A stretch of DNA of 48,082 bases from Campylobacterales bacterium (GTDB lineage: Bacteria; Campylobacterota; Campylobacteria; Campylobacterales; JALSKU01), in NCBI GenBank assembly GCA_026988685.1, contig JALSKU010000153.1, positions 1 to 48,082 on the forward strand, read 5' to 3'. Below the pieces are notes generated by a model, which saw only the letters and a list, made by a program, of their open reading frames with translations, made no database searches and was not told the origin of the DNA. The position numbers were made by a program, and so were the translations under genes. Shown here in pieces: positions 34,401-44,187 of this stretch (the stretch's first letter is position 1; each line of letters opens with the position of its first letter).

Positions 34401-37211
34401 GTGATAAAGTTATATAAAGCAAAAGAGAATAATTTAGATATAGATTATCTTGAGATCCCAAAAAATTCTCTAGTTGTAGTTACTGGGATAAGTGGCTCCG
34501 GAAAGAGTACTCTGGCTTTTGATACACTTTATGCCGAAGGACAAAGAAGGTATATAGAGTCTCTCTCTTCTTATGCCAGACAATTTTTGGATAGGATTGC
34601 AAAGCCGGATATTGAAAAGATAGAGGGGTTAACGCCGGCTATTGCAATAGATCAAAAAACTACAAGTAAAAATCCTCGCTCAACTGTTGGAACAATAACC
34701 GAGATATATGACTACCTAAGACTTCTTTTTGCAAGAGTTGGTGAGCAGTATTGTTACAATTGTGGCGAAAAAATCTCAAGTATGAGTGCTAGTGATATCA
34801 TAGAGCAGATACTAAAACTCCCTGATAACTCAAAACTTGTGATACTTGCACCACTAGTTAAAGAGAAAAAGGGAACATTTGCAGATATGCTTGAGTCTCT
34901 AAGACACAGCGGATATGTTAGAGCTATGATAGACGGCGTTATGGTTCGTCTTGATGAAGAGATAGAGCTTTCAAAAACAAAAAAACATACGATAAAAGTA
35001 GTAATCGATAGAGTCATAAAAAAAGAGGAAAATATCGCGAGGATTAGCGAAGATGTCGAAAAAGCCCTGAAAGAGAGCTATGGAGAAGTGGAGGTGGAAC
35101 TTTTAAACCACGAAGAATTGGGGCTAAAAGAGGGGCATCTTCACTTTAGCGAACATAACGCCTGCTTTAAGTGCAAGATAAGCTATGAACCTTTGGAACC
35201 TCTTAGTTTCTCTTTTAATTCTCCAAAGGGGGCTTGTAGAGTTTGTGATGGACTTGGTATAAAATACTCTTTGGATCTAAACAAGATAATTGATGAGGAT
35301 TTAAGCATTGAAGAGGGGGCTGTAAAGATATTGTATGGATTTAACAAAGGCTACTACTTTAAGTTTTTAAAAGCCTTTTGTGAAGCAGCCGGTATTGATA
35401 CGGCCACCCCTTTTGGAGAGCTTGAAGAGCATCAAAAGAAAGCTATACTGCATGGTGGTGTGGAGATAGCAGAATTTACATGGAAAAGGCATAAATTAAA
35501 AAGAAAGTGGGAGGGCGTTATAAAACTTGGCTTTGATATGCTAAAAGGTGAAAAAGATATCAATGAGTATATGAGTGAAAAAACATGCTCAAATTGCGGT
35601 GGATACAGGCTTAAAAAAGAGAGTTTGAGTGTAAAAGTTGCAGGATTAAATCTAGCTGATATTCTAGATATGCCCATAGAAGATGCCTATAATTTTTTTG
35701 AAAATGAGGATAATTTTAGCTATCTTAGCGAACTTAAAAAGGAGATCAGCGAACCGATACTAAAAGAGATAAGAGAGAGACTCTTTTTTTTAAAAGATGT
35801 AGGTCTTGGATATATAACACTTGGAAGAGATGCAAGGAGTATAAGTGGAGGAGAGGCTCAGCGTATCAGGATAGCTTCGCAGATCGGAAGCGGTTTAAGC
35901 GGGGTTATGTATGTGCTTGATGAGCCTAGCATCGGGCTTCATGAGAGAGATACTTTAAAGCTTATTAATACCCTTAAAAATCTGCAAAAAAAGGGAAATA
36001 GTGTTATAGTTGTCGAACATGACAAGGAGACTATAAAGGCAGCCGATTATATTATCGATATAGGTCCCGGAGCGGGTATAAACGGTGGAAAAGTTGAATT
36101 TGTCGGAACTTATGATGAGCTTTTAAAAAGCGATACTCTTACAGCTGAGTATCTAACAGGTAGAAAAAAGATATCTTATCAAAAAAGAAGAGAGCAGAGT
36201 GATTTTATAGAGCTTAAAAATGTCAATATCAATAATATAAAAAATTTAAGTGTCAAATTTCCTCTTAAAAATCTAGTATGTGTAACAGGAGTAAGTGGTT
36301 CAGGAAAAAGCTCCCTGGTTCTTCAAACTCTTTTGCCTATAGCCAAAGAGTATCTAAACAGAGCGAAAAAGGTCAAAAAAGTAGCCGGAGTAGAGTGCAG
36401 GGGGCTTGAAAAGCTTGATAAAGTTATATATCTTGACCAAAGCCCGATAGGCAGAACCCCGAGAAGCAATCCGGCAACTTATACCGGTGTTATGGATGAG
36501 ATAAGGGTGCTTTTTTCACAAACCAGAGAAGCTAAGATAAGAGGCTATAAAGTCGGCAGGTTCTCCTTTAATGTTAAAGGTGGAAGATGTGAAAAGTGTA
36601 AAGGTGAGGGCGAGATAAAGATAGAGATGCACTTTTTGCCGGATATTATGGTAAAATGTGATAGTTGTAAAGGTGCAAGATACAATGCTCAAACCTTAGA
36701 GATAAGATATAAAGGTAAAAATATCAGCGATGTTTTGGAGATGAGCGTAGATGAAGCAACTCTATTTTTTAAAGCGATTCCTAAAATTCATCAAAAACTA
36801 AAGACCTTACAGGATGTAGGACTTGGCTATATCAAACTTGGACAAAATGCTACAACTCTTAGTGGCGGCGAAGCTCAAAGGATAAAGCTCTCAAAAGAGC
36901 TTGGCAAAAATGCTACAGGCAATACCTTGTATATCCTGGATGAGCCCACAACCGGTCTTCATTTTGCAGATATAGATAAACTTTGTAAAGTTTTACACCA
37001 CTTGGTAGATCTTGGAAATAGTGTTATAGTGATAGAGCACAATATGGATATCATTAAAAACAGTGATTATATTATTGATATGGGTTATGAAGGTGGTAGC
37101 AAAGGTGGAAAGATCATAGCAACGGGAAGTGTTGATAAAATGATAAAAGAGCTTAAAAAGACAAAGAGCTATACTGCTGAGTTTTTAAAAAAGGAGATGG
37201 AAAATGACTGA
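34401..37211 (+). CDS. uvrA: Excinuclease ABC subunit A
   Basis: 936 aa with two ABC ATPase modules (GISGSGKST, GVSGSGKSS, LSGGEAQR twice) and zinc-finger Cys clusters. GTG start. Confidence 0.97.
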   Translation: MIKLYKAKENNLDIDYLEIPKNSLVVVTGISGSGKSTLAFDTLYAEGQRRYIESLSSYARQFLDRIAKPDIEKIEGLTPAIAIDQKTTSKNPRSTVGTITEIYDYLRLLFARVGEQYCYNCGEKISSMSASDIIEQILKLPDNSKLVILAPLVKEKKGTFADMLESLRHSGYVRAMIDGVMVRLDEEIELSKTKKHTIKVVIDRVIKKEENIARISEDVEKALKESYGEVEVELLNHEELGLKEGHLHFSEHNACFKCKISYEPLEPLSFSFNSPKGACRVCDGLGIKYSLDLNKIIDEDLSIEEGAVKILYGFNKGYYFKFLKAFCEAAGIDTATPFGELEEHQKKAILHGGVEIAEFTWKRHKLKRKWEGVIKLGFDMLKGEKDINEYMSEKTCSNCGGYRLKKESLSVKVAGLNLADILDMPIEDAYNFFENEDNFSYLSELKKEISEPILKEIRERLFFLKDVGLGYITLGRDARSISGGEAQRIRIASQIGSGLSGVMYVLDEPSIGLHERDTLKLINTLKNLQKKGNSVIVVEHDKETIKAADYIIDIGPGAGINGGKVEFVGTYDELLKSDTLTAEYLTGRKKISYQKRREQSDFIELKNVNINNIKNLSVKFPLKNLVCVTGVSGSGKSSLVLQTLLPIAKEYLNRAKKVKKVAGVECRGLEKLDKVIYLDQSPIGRTPRSNPATYTGVMDEIRVLFSQTREAKIRGYKVGRFSFNVKGGRCEKCKGEGEIKIEMHFLPDIMVKCDSCKGARYNAQTLEIRYKGKNISDVLEMSVDEATLFFKAIPKIHQKLKTLQDVGLGYIKLGQNATTLSGGEAQRIKLSKELGKNATGNTLYILDEPTTGLHFADIDKLCKVLHHLVDLGNSVIVIEHNMDIIKNSDYIIDMGYEGGSKGGKIIATGSVDKMIKELKKTKSYTAEFLKKEMEND

Positions 37212-38025
37212 AGAACTTATAGATAGAATAAAAGCAATCCCTCCATTGCCGGAGACTTTTATACAAATTGATGCAATTTGCAGCGATCCAAACGGAACGA
37301 TAACGGAACTTTCAAAAGTTGTCGAAAAAGACCCTATGTTGGTAGCTAATATTTTAAAAATTGTAAACTCACCACTATATAGTTTAAGAAGTGAAATAAA
37401 AAGTGTATCTCAAGCAGTTTCGCTTCTTGGGATGAGCGAGATAAACTCTATAAGTGCAGCCGCATCAGTTAAAAAACTTTTGAAAGTTGATATGGAGCCG
37501 TACGGCATATCTCCTGAAAGATTTGCTTTGATTTCAAATATGCAAGGCTCGCTGGTTAAAAGCTGGTTTGGTAAGATCGATAAAGGCAAAGCTGATACAC
37601 TCTTTATGCCGGTGCTTTTGCAGGAGACCGGAAAAATTATAATAGCTGATGAAATTGTTAGAAATGATGAAATTTTTCAGTTTAAATCAGAAATAGAAAC
37701 AGCCATAAATATTCCTGAAATAGAAAGGATGTATGTAGGCGTAACTTCAGCTGAAGTTACCGCAAAGATTTTCGAACATTGGGGATTTGATAAATTTATA
37801 GTAAACATTATAAAGTATAGTGATAACTACTCTTTAGCAGATGAGGAGTACAGAGAGTTTGCAATTTATCTTAAAATTGCCAAAACAGCTATAGCTGTAA
37901 ATGCTCCTTTAAAAGAGAGAAACATAACCATAGCATCCAATATATTAAAAAAAGAGAATATCGAACTAGATAGTTTTTTGGATGCAGTCGAGAAAGTAAG
38001 AGAAAATTTTAAAGGCGAATTTTGA
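37204..38025 (+). CDS. HDOD domain-containing signalling protein
   Basis: LPPLPETFIQI...DPMLVANILKIVNSPLYSLRSEIKSVSQAVSLLG is the canonical HDOD N-terminal pattern. Confidence 0.8.
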   Translation: MTEELIDRIKAIPPLPETFIQIDAICSDPNGTITELSKVVEKDPMLVANILKIVNSPLYSLRSEIKSVSQAVSLLGMSEINSISAAASVKKLLKVDMEPYGISPERFALISNMQGSLVKSWFGKIDKGKADTLFMPVLLQETGKIIIADEIVRNDEIFQFKSEIETAINIPEIERMYVGVTSAEVTAKIFEHWGFDKFIVNIIKYSDNYSLADEEYREFAIYLKIAKTAIAVNAPLKERNITIASNILKKENIELDSFLDAVEKVRENFKGEF

Positions 38026-40679
38026 AAACTTTGACGATTGTAGATACATTTGGTTTCTTTTTTAGAAACTACTTCGCTCTCCCGCATTTAAGAAGCAAGG
38101 ATGGTTTTCCAACAGGACTTCTTACAGGTTTTATCAACTTTATATCAACGATAGAAAAAGAGCATCCAAACGGATATATACTTTTTGCACTTGATAGCAA
38201 GGGTAAAAGTATAAGAAATGATATATATCCTGATTATAAAGCAAACAGGCCACCGGCCCCTGAGGAGCTACTTAAACAACTGCCGGTTGCTATAGAGTGG
38301 ATAAAAAAGATGGGTTTTAAAGAGCTTGAGATACCAAGGTATGAAGCTGATGATGTTATCGCATCAGTCACAAAAATTGCCAAAAATAGTGGCTTTAGAG
38401 TACAAGTAGTAAGTCATGACAAAGATCTTTACCAACTGATTGATGATAGTAAAGTAGTTCTTTATGACCCTGTTAAAAAGATAGATATAGATGAAAAAAG
38501 ATGTAAAGAGAAGTTTGGAGTAGAGCCTAAAAAGATTATAGACTATCTTTCCTTGGTGGGTGATAGTGCCGATAATATACCGGGAGTTAAAGGGATAGGG
38601 CCAAAAGGTGCAAAAAAACTTATAGATGAGTTTGGCTCACTGGAAAATATTTATAATAATTTAGACGCCATTAGAAATGAAAGAACAAAAAAGCTACTTA
38701 TAGAGGGAAAAGATAGAGCATTTTTATCTAAAGAGCTTGTTAAACTTCATTATGATCTTTTTAATGGGAACTTTAATATAGATAAATACAAAATGCCTTC
38801 AAGCAATCCTATACTAAATATAAAAGATGACCTTTTGAAGTTAGGAATAAAAGCGGTCTTAAAAAAGGTTGATGGCAGTATAGATGAAGTTGAAGAGAAA
38901 AAAGAGAAAGAGTTTGAAGCTATACTTTTAGAAAATAGTGAAAAACTTTTTAAGGTTGTAGATAAAATTGATGCCAATGAGATAGTTGCTTTTGATACGG
39001 AGACTGACTCTTTAGATGTGAAAGAGGCAAATATCGTAGGCTTCTCCTTTGCTCTAAATGATAAAGAAGCTTACTATGTTCCCATTGCTCACAGTTATCT
39101 TGGTGTTAGTGAACAAGTAAGAAAAGAGGATGCAAAAAAAGCTTTAAAAAAACTACTTTCTGCTAAAGTGATTGGACAAAATCTAAAATTTGATCTCGCT
39201 ATAGTTTATAACAACTTTGGATTTGATACTATTGTGCCTGAAGCGGATACTATGATACTCTCATGGCTTTTAAATCCTGAGAAAAGTGCATCTTTGGATA
39301 ATTTAGCCTATAGGTTTTTTGGTTACAAGATGAAAAAATTTAGTGAAACCGTTAAAAAAGGAGAAAACTTTTCGAGTGTTAATATCCAAGAGGCTAAATT
39401 TTATGCAGCAGAAGATGCGTGGATGACACTGAGACTTTACTATAAGCTTATGGATGAGCTAAGTAGTGAGTTAAAAAAAGAGGCAAGAGAGGTGGAATAT
39501 CCTTTTATAAACAGTTTGATCAATATGGAAAAAGAGGGAATCAAGGTTGATGTAAAACATTTTGAAATGCTTTTAAAAAGAAGTGAAGAGAAACTTGCAT
39601 ATTTAACAAAAGAGATTTACGCTTTAAGCGGTAGCGAGTTCAATATCAATTCTACGAAGCAACTAGGAGTCATCCTGTTTGAAAAATTAAAACTGAAAGT
39701 TATAAGAAAGACAAAAACAGGATACTCAACAGATGAGAAAGTTTTAAAAGCTCTTAAAGGCGAACACCCGATAATTATCAAACTTTTAGAGTATAGAGAG
39801 TGGCATAAGCTTTTATCAACATACATTAAACCACTTTTAAAATATGCAAAAATGGATGATAGTAGTAGAGTCTATACCTCATTTTTACAAACCGGAACAG
39901 CAACGGGAAGGCTAAGTTCACAAAATCCAAATCTCCAAAATATACCTGCTAGAAGTGAAGCGGGAAGAGAGATAAGAAGAGGTTTTATTGCTAAAGAGGG
40001 GTGCAAACTTGTATCTATTGATTATTCTCAAGTAGAGCTTAGACTTTTGGCTCACTTTAGTAAAGATAAAGCTCTTGTTGAAGCTTTCAAAGAAGATAAA
40101 GATATACACTACGAAACTGCCAAGATGATCTTTGGCGAAGAGGAAGCTTTAAAGAAAAGAGATGTTGCAAAAGCAGTCAATTTTGGCCTTTTATATGGTA
40201 TGGGATATCGTAAGTTAGCCCAAACTGTAAATGTAAGCTCCAGTGAGGCAAAAGAGTATATAAAAAGATATTTTGATTCTTTCCCAACTGTTAAAGAGTG
40301 TTTGGAAAAGATTGAACAAAGCGCAAAAGAGAAAGGATTTGTAAAGACTCTTCTTAAAAGAAGAAGATACTTTGACTTTTCAAGTGCAAATCCTATGCAA
40401 AAAGCCGGTTTTTTAAGAGAGGCTCCCAACACAGTTTTTCAGGGTAGTGCAGCAGATCTAATAAAAATGGCTATGAATAAGATAGATAAGAGCTTGGATA
40501 AAAATAAAGGAAAAATGTTGTTGCAGATCCATGATGAGTTGATCTTTGAAGTGAAAGATGAGTTTGTGGAGAGTTTTTCCTTAAAAGCAAAAGAGATAAT
40601 GGAAAATATTTACAAACTAAATGTCCCTATAAAGTGTTCATTAACAATAGCAGATAATTGGGGAGAGTTAAAGGAATAA
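38022..40679 (+). CDS. polA: DNA polymerase I
   Basis: 885 aa with three domains: a 5'-3' exonuclease (YEADDVIAS, GDSADNIPGVKGIGPK), a 3'-5' exonuclease (AFDTETDSL) and a polymerase domain (DYSQVELRLLAH, AKAVNFGLLYGM, QIHDELIFE). TTG start overlapping the HDOD stop. Confidence 0.95.
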   Translation: MKTLTIVDTFGFFFRNYFALPHLRSKDGFPTGLLTGFINFISTIEKEHPNGYILFALDSKGKSIRNDIYPDYKANRPPAPEELLKQLPVAIEWIKKMGFKELEIPRYEADDVIASVTKIAKNSGFRVQVVSHDKDLYQLIDDSKVVLYDPVKKIDIDEKRCKEKFGVEPKKIIDYLSLVGDSADNIPGVKGIGPKGAKKLIDEFGSLENIYNNLDAIRNERTKKLLIEGKDRAFLSKELVKLHYDLFNGNFNIDKYKMPSSNPILNIKDDLLKLGIKAVLKKVDGSIDEVEEKKEKEFEAILLENSEKLFKVVDKIDANEIVAFDTETDSLDVKEANIVGFSFALNDKEAYYVPIAHSYLGVSEQVRKEDAKKALKKLLSAKVIGQNLKFDLAIVYNNFGFDTIVPEADTMILSWLLNPEKSASLDNLAYRFFGYKMKKFSETVKKGENFSSVNIQEAKFYAAEDAWMTLRLYYKLMDELSSELKKEAREVEYPFINSLINMEKEGIKVDVKHFEMLLKRSEEKLAYLTKEIYALSGSEFNINSTKQLGVILFEKLKLKVIRKTKTGYSTDEKVLKALKGEHPIIIKLLEYREWHKLLSTYIKPLLKYAKMDDSSRVYTSFLQTGTATGRLSSQNPNLQNIPARSEAGREIRRGFIAKEGCKLVSIDYSQVELRLLAHFSKDKALVEAFKEDKDIHYETAKMIFGEEEALKKRDVAKAVNFGLLYGMGYRKLAQTVNVSSSEAKEYIKRYFDSFPTVKECLEKIEQSAKEKGFVKTLLKRRRYFDFSSANPMQKAGFLREAPNTVFQGSAADLIKMAMNKIDKSLDKNKGKMLLQIHDELIFEVKDEFVESFSLKAKEIMENIYKLNVPIKCSLTIADNWGELKE

Positions 40680-40688
40680 GGAGGAAAT

Positions 40689-41039
40689 TAAGAGTTAAGA
40701 ATTAAAAATTAAGAGTGGGAAGTGTTAATAAAATTAATCAATAATTCTTAACTCTACACTTGAAAATCTTTATTTCACTCCCTATTTTGTCCAATAAGGA
40801 CATTTAGTCTTAACCTTAAAATCCATTCCGATTTAAACTTCCGCAAAACGGATTCACGGTGAGTGCCCCAAAATCAAAGATTTTGACGTTAGGCTGCATA
40901 TGTTTTGCAGAAATTTAAATCTCCATTCTATCCTTTGCTCATTTGCACTCCTACCCCTTTTCACCTAAAATTGTCATTTTACCGCTTATTTGTGTCAAGA
41001 TTATTGACTTGGGGTTTAATTCCTAATTCTTAACTCTTA
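40689..41039. repeat. Structured non-coding element of about 350 bp, bounded by a perfect 16-nt inverted repeat
   Basis: TAAGAGTTAAGAATTA (40689-40704) is the exact reverse complement of TAATTCTTAACTCTTA (41024-41039). A third copy (AATTCTTAACTCT) lies at 40743-40755. An internal long hairpin pairs CCGATTTAAACTTCCGCAAAAC (40828-40849) with GTTTTGCAGAAATTTAAATCTCC (40902-40924). It contains no credible ORF. Confidence 0.45.
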
Positions 41040-41048
41040 AATTTCACC

Positions 41049-41588
41049 CTATTTAAGTAGAGATTTTATATCGTTTATATACTCTTGTTTGCTTTTTAGG
41101 CCCAGATAAATTTTTGTGGCATTACCCTGCTTGTCAAATAAAATAGCATAAGGTATCAAACCTTTCCAAGATGTCTTAGCACTGATATAGTCGGTAAATT
41201 TGAAAACTTCAGGATCGCTGTTGTTTATAACAGGGTAGTTTATACCTTTCTCTTTTATAAACTCTCTAAGCCCATCATCGCTTATCCTTGTTTGAACTTG
41301 AAAAGAGATAATCTGAAAATCTTTTTTAAACTCTTTTTGTAGTTCTATCAACTCAGGCATCTCCATAAGACAAGGCGGGCATTGATTGCCCCAAAAGTCT
41401 AGTAGTACAACCTTTCCTTTTGCATTTTGGAAGTGTATGCCTTGAACAAAAGTGTTTAAAATGATCTGCTCACCTTGTAAATCCCTAAACTTAAAAGTAT
41501 AATCCTCTTTGTGTTCTGCAGCACTCAAAGAGACAAACCCAAAAGCACATACAGCCAAAAATGCAATAAAAGCTTTTTTTATATTCAT
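41049..41588 (-). CDS. TlpA/ResA-like periplasmic thiol:disulfide oxidoreductase
   Basis: Signal peptide (MNIKKAFIAFLAVCAFGFVSLSA) and the thioredoxin active site DFWGNQCPPCLMEMPEL. It is a paralogue of the 12370-12960 protein. Confidence 0.75.
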   Translation of the reverse strand: MNIKKAFIAFLAVCAFGFVSLSAAEHKEDYTFKFRDLQGEQIILNTFVQGIHFQNAKGKVVLLDFWGNQCPPCLMEMPELIELQKEFKKDFQIISFQVQTRISDDGLREFIKEKGINYPVINNSDPEVFKFTDYISAKTSWKGLIPYAILFDKQGNATKIYLGLKSKQEYINDIKSLLK

Positions 41589-41597
41589 AATTTTTCC

Positions 41598-42737
41598 TTA
41601 TTTTTTAAACCAATTTTTAATCTTTTCAAAGACACCTTCAAACCTATCCTCTTTCAAAACAGTCTCATATCCAAATGAGTCTTGTAACTGTCTAAGTAAC
41701 TCTTTTTGATCATCATTTAACTTTTTAGGGTAAGTTATGCTTATCTGCACTATAAGATTGCCCTCTTTTTTAGTATGTACATTTTTTATACCCTCTCCTC
41801 TAAAAACAAACTGTTGTTTATCTTTGGCACCAACTGGGAGTTTGAGTTCTTTTTCTCCTCTTAGCGTTGGAATTTTTAGAGTCTCTCCTAAAGCAGCCTG
41901 AGTAAAAAATACAGGAACCTCTATATAGACATCGTCATTATGTCTTATAAAATGCTCATCCTCTTTTACTATAACTCTAACATAGAGATCACCTCTGTCC
42001 CCATACTCGTTTATATTGCCTTTTCCCGATACTCTTATCTGGTTGTTGTTATCTATACCTTCCGGTATATCAACGCTTACTTTTGCCTCTATCTCCTCAT
42101 AGCCTCTGCCGCCACAGTTTTTACATCTGTTTTTGACTACTTTACCACTTCCGTTACAAACTTCACAAGGTTGTGAAAAAGTCATAAAACCTTGTCTGTA
42201 GTAAACCTGACCTCTACCTCCGCAATTACTGCAAGTTTCCGTTGTTTTATCCTCGGAACCGGTTCCGTCACAAACTTCACAAGGCTTTTTGTAGCTATAT
42301 TTTATCTCTTTTTCACAGCCAAATACGGCCTCATTAAATTCGAGAGTGATTTTACTTTCAATATCAAGAGGATATTTGGACCTTTGTCTTGAAGTGCTAC
42401 TGCCAAATCCTCCAAATCCACCAAAACCTCTACCAAAGACAGACTCAAAAATAGAGCTAAGATCATCCATTATGTCTTCGCTATCCATTCCCGAATAGCC
42501 GCTAAATCCTTGATTTTCAAGGCCAGACTTGCCATATCTGTCATAGATAGCTCTTTTTTTAGGGTCACTTAAAGCTTGATAAGCCTCATTTACCAGTTTA
42601 AACTTCTCTTCTGCCTCTTTATCTCCCTGGTTTCTGTCGGGATGGTATTTTAGAGCTAGTTTTCTGTAAGCTTTCTTGATTTCATCTCCGCTTGCATCTC
42701 GTGATACTTCTAAAACTTCATAATAGTCTATCTCCAA
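41598..42737 (-). CDS. dnaJ: Molecular chaperone DnaJ
   Basis: J domain ([33 protein letters not shown]), a G/F region and four CxxCxGxG zinc motifs. Confidence 0.95.
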   Translation of the reverse strand: MEIDYYEVLEVSRDASGDEIKKAYRKLALKYHPDRNQGDKEAEEKFKLVNEAYQALSDPKKRAIYDRYGKSGLENQGFSGYSGMDSEDIMDDLSSIFESVFGRGFGGFGGFGSSTSRQRSKYPLDIESKITLEFNEAVFGCEKEIKYSYKKPCEVCDGTGSEDKTTETCSNCGGRGQVYYRQGFMTFSQPCEVCNGSGKVVKNRCKNCGGRGYEEIEAKVSVDIPEGIDNNNQIRVSGKGNINEYGDRGDLYVRVIVKEDEHFIRHNDDVYIEVPVFFTQAALGETLKIPTLRGEKELKLPVGAKDKQQFVFRGEGIKNVHTKKEGNLIVQISITYPKKLNDDQKELLRQLQDSFGYETVLKEDRFEGVFEKIKNWFKK

Positions 42738-42833
42738 CTTCTTAACTCCATCAATTTTAATGGCGAAATTATACTTTAAAGTTCTTTTAATGTTTATTAA
42801 AATATCATACTATTTTCTACTTGGAGGATAGTA

Positions 42834-43406
42834 TTGAAAAAGTACGGACTTAAAAAATTTGACAATTTAGTTAGTGCCTTAAATGCTCTACCTACCGTTG
42901 GTAAAAAATCGGCCTTAAGATATGCATATTATATGGTTTTAAAAGATTCTTTTTTGGCTCTTAAAATTTCAAAAGCTATAGAAGATGCTGTTATGTCTAT
43001 ACAAGAGTGCAAGGTTTGTGGTGCTTTAAGTGAAGATGAGATATGCCAAATTTGCTCGGATGATAGTAGAGACAAAGAGAAGCTTTGCATTGTTGAAAAT
43101 GCAAAAGATATATTTGTTATAGAAGATGCCAGTGAATATAACGGTAGATATTTTGTTTTAAAATCTTTAGAAGAGCTTGATTTAAAACAGCTAAACGATA
43201 TCATTGAAACAGGCGTTAAAGAGGTTATCTTTGCTCTAACTCCATCATTGCAAAATGACGCTATTATCTTTTATCTTGAAGACAAATTAAGTGGTTTTGA
43301 TTTGGTATATACTAAAATAGCCCAAGGTGTGCCGACAGGAATAAATCTGGAAAATGTAGATACTCTATCCTTGTCAAAGGCCATGGAGCTTAGAGTAAAG
43401 ACATAG
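42834..43406 (+). CDS. recR: Recombination protein RecR
   Basis: HhH motif (LPTVGKKSALRYAYYM), a C4 zinc finger (CKVCGALSEDEICQICSD) and a Toprim domain. TTG start 5 nt after GGAGGA. Confidence 0.9.
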   Translation: MKKYGLKKFDNLVSALNALPTVGKKSALRYAYYMVLKDSFLALKISKAIEDAVMSIQECKVCGALSEDEICQICSDDSRDKEKLCIVENAKDIFVIEDASEYNGRYFVLKSLEELDLKQLNDIIETGVKEVIFALTPSLQNDAIIFYLEDKLSGFDLVYTKIAQGVPTGINLENVDTLSLSKAMELRVKT

Positions 43407-44187
43407 CCTTTTTCATACTCTCTTTTATATCTTCAAAGCTATATCTGTAATCAAAAAATATCTCAAAAGCCAGTACGGCTTGATTTAAAAGCATAAAGAG
43501 CCCATCTTTAGTATGAAGTTTGTTCTCTTTTGCTAGCTTTAAAAAAGGTGTGTGTTTGCCATATATAACATCTATGGCAAAATTTGCTTTACAAAAAAGC
43601 TTCCTTAAAAGCTTCTCTTCAAGTGGTAGTGAGTTGTTGTTTAATCCTGCTGAAGTTGTATTGATAATAAGGTCAAAATTTTTTATCTTAAAATCACTCC
43701 AACTATAGGCGTTAAAGCCATTTTTTATAAAAGGTTCCAATCTTGCTTGGCTTCTATTTAGTATAGTTACACTATATCCTTTCTCTCTTAAAATAAAAGA
43801 TATGGCTTTAGCCGTTCCGCCAGCTCCCAATATAAGCACTGATTTTATATCTTTCATATCCTTTATACCCTCATAAAAACCAGGAGCATCCGTGTTGTAG
43901 CCTATAAGTTTATCATCTTTTTTTATGATAGTATTTACCGCTTTTATATCTTTTGCTATATCTTTTACAGCATCACAACTATTAAATGCTACCTCTTTAA
44001 AAGGAACTGTTATATTTGCGCCGTTAAAGCCTGAGTTTATAAAAATATTTTTAAACTCTTTGGAATTTTCTAAAAGAGTTCTTGTATAACAAGCATCGAT
44101 ATTTAGTTTTTTTATGGCAAAATTATGTATAAGTGGAGATATGGAGTGAGATACCGGATTGCCAAAAATTGTAAAAATTTTACTCAC
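43390..44187 (-). CDS. aroE: Shikimate dehydrogenase
   Basis: FTIFGNPVSHSISPLIHN, the NITVPFK motif and the NADP-binding segment LILGAGGTAKA. Confidence 0.9.
   Translation of the reverse strand: MSKIFTIFGNPVSHSISPLIHNFAIKKLNIDACYTRTLLENSKEFKNIFINSGFNGANITVPFKEVAFNSCDAVKDIAKDIKAVNTIIKKDDKLIGYNTDAPGFYEGIKDMKDIKSVLILGAGGTAKAISFILREKGYSVTILNRSQARLEPFIKNGFNAYSWSDFKIKNFDLIINTTSAGLNNNSLPLEEKLLRKLFCKANFAIDVIYGKHTPFLKLAKENKLHTKDGLFMLLNQAVLAFEIFFDYRYSFEDIKESMKKAMSLL

Noticed and set aside
40680-41048. The long polA-tlpA gap as a known housekeeping RNA (tmRNA, RNase P RNA, 4.5S/SRP RNA, 6S RNA)
   Set aside because: On neither strand did I find a tmRNA 5' GGGGCUGA / 3' UCCACCA end with a tag ORF, the RNase P GAGGAAAGUCC and ACAGAAA boxes, or the SRP GGAA/AGCA domain IV motif. 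It is kept only as an unclassified structured element.
42738-42833. A heat-shock operator (CIRCE TTAGCACTC-N9-GAGTGCTAA or HspR HAIR) upstream of dnaJ
   Set aside because: Neither inverted repeat is present in the dnaJ-recR divergent intergenic region.
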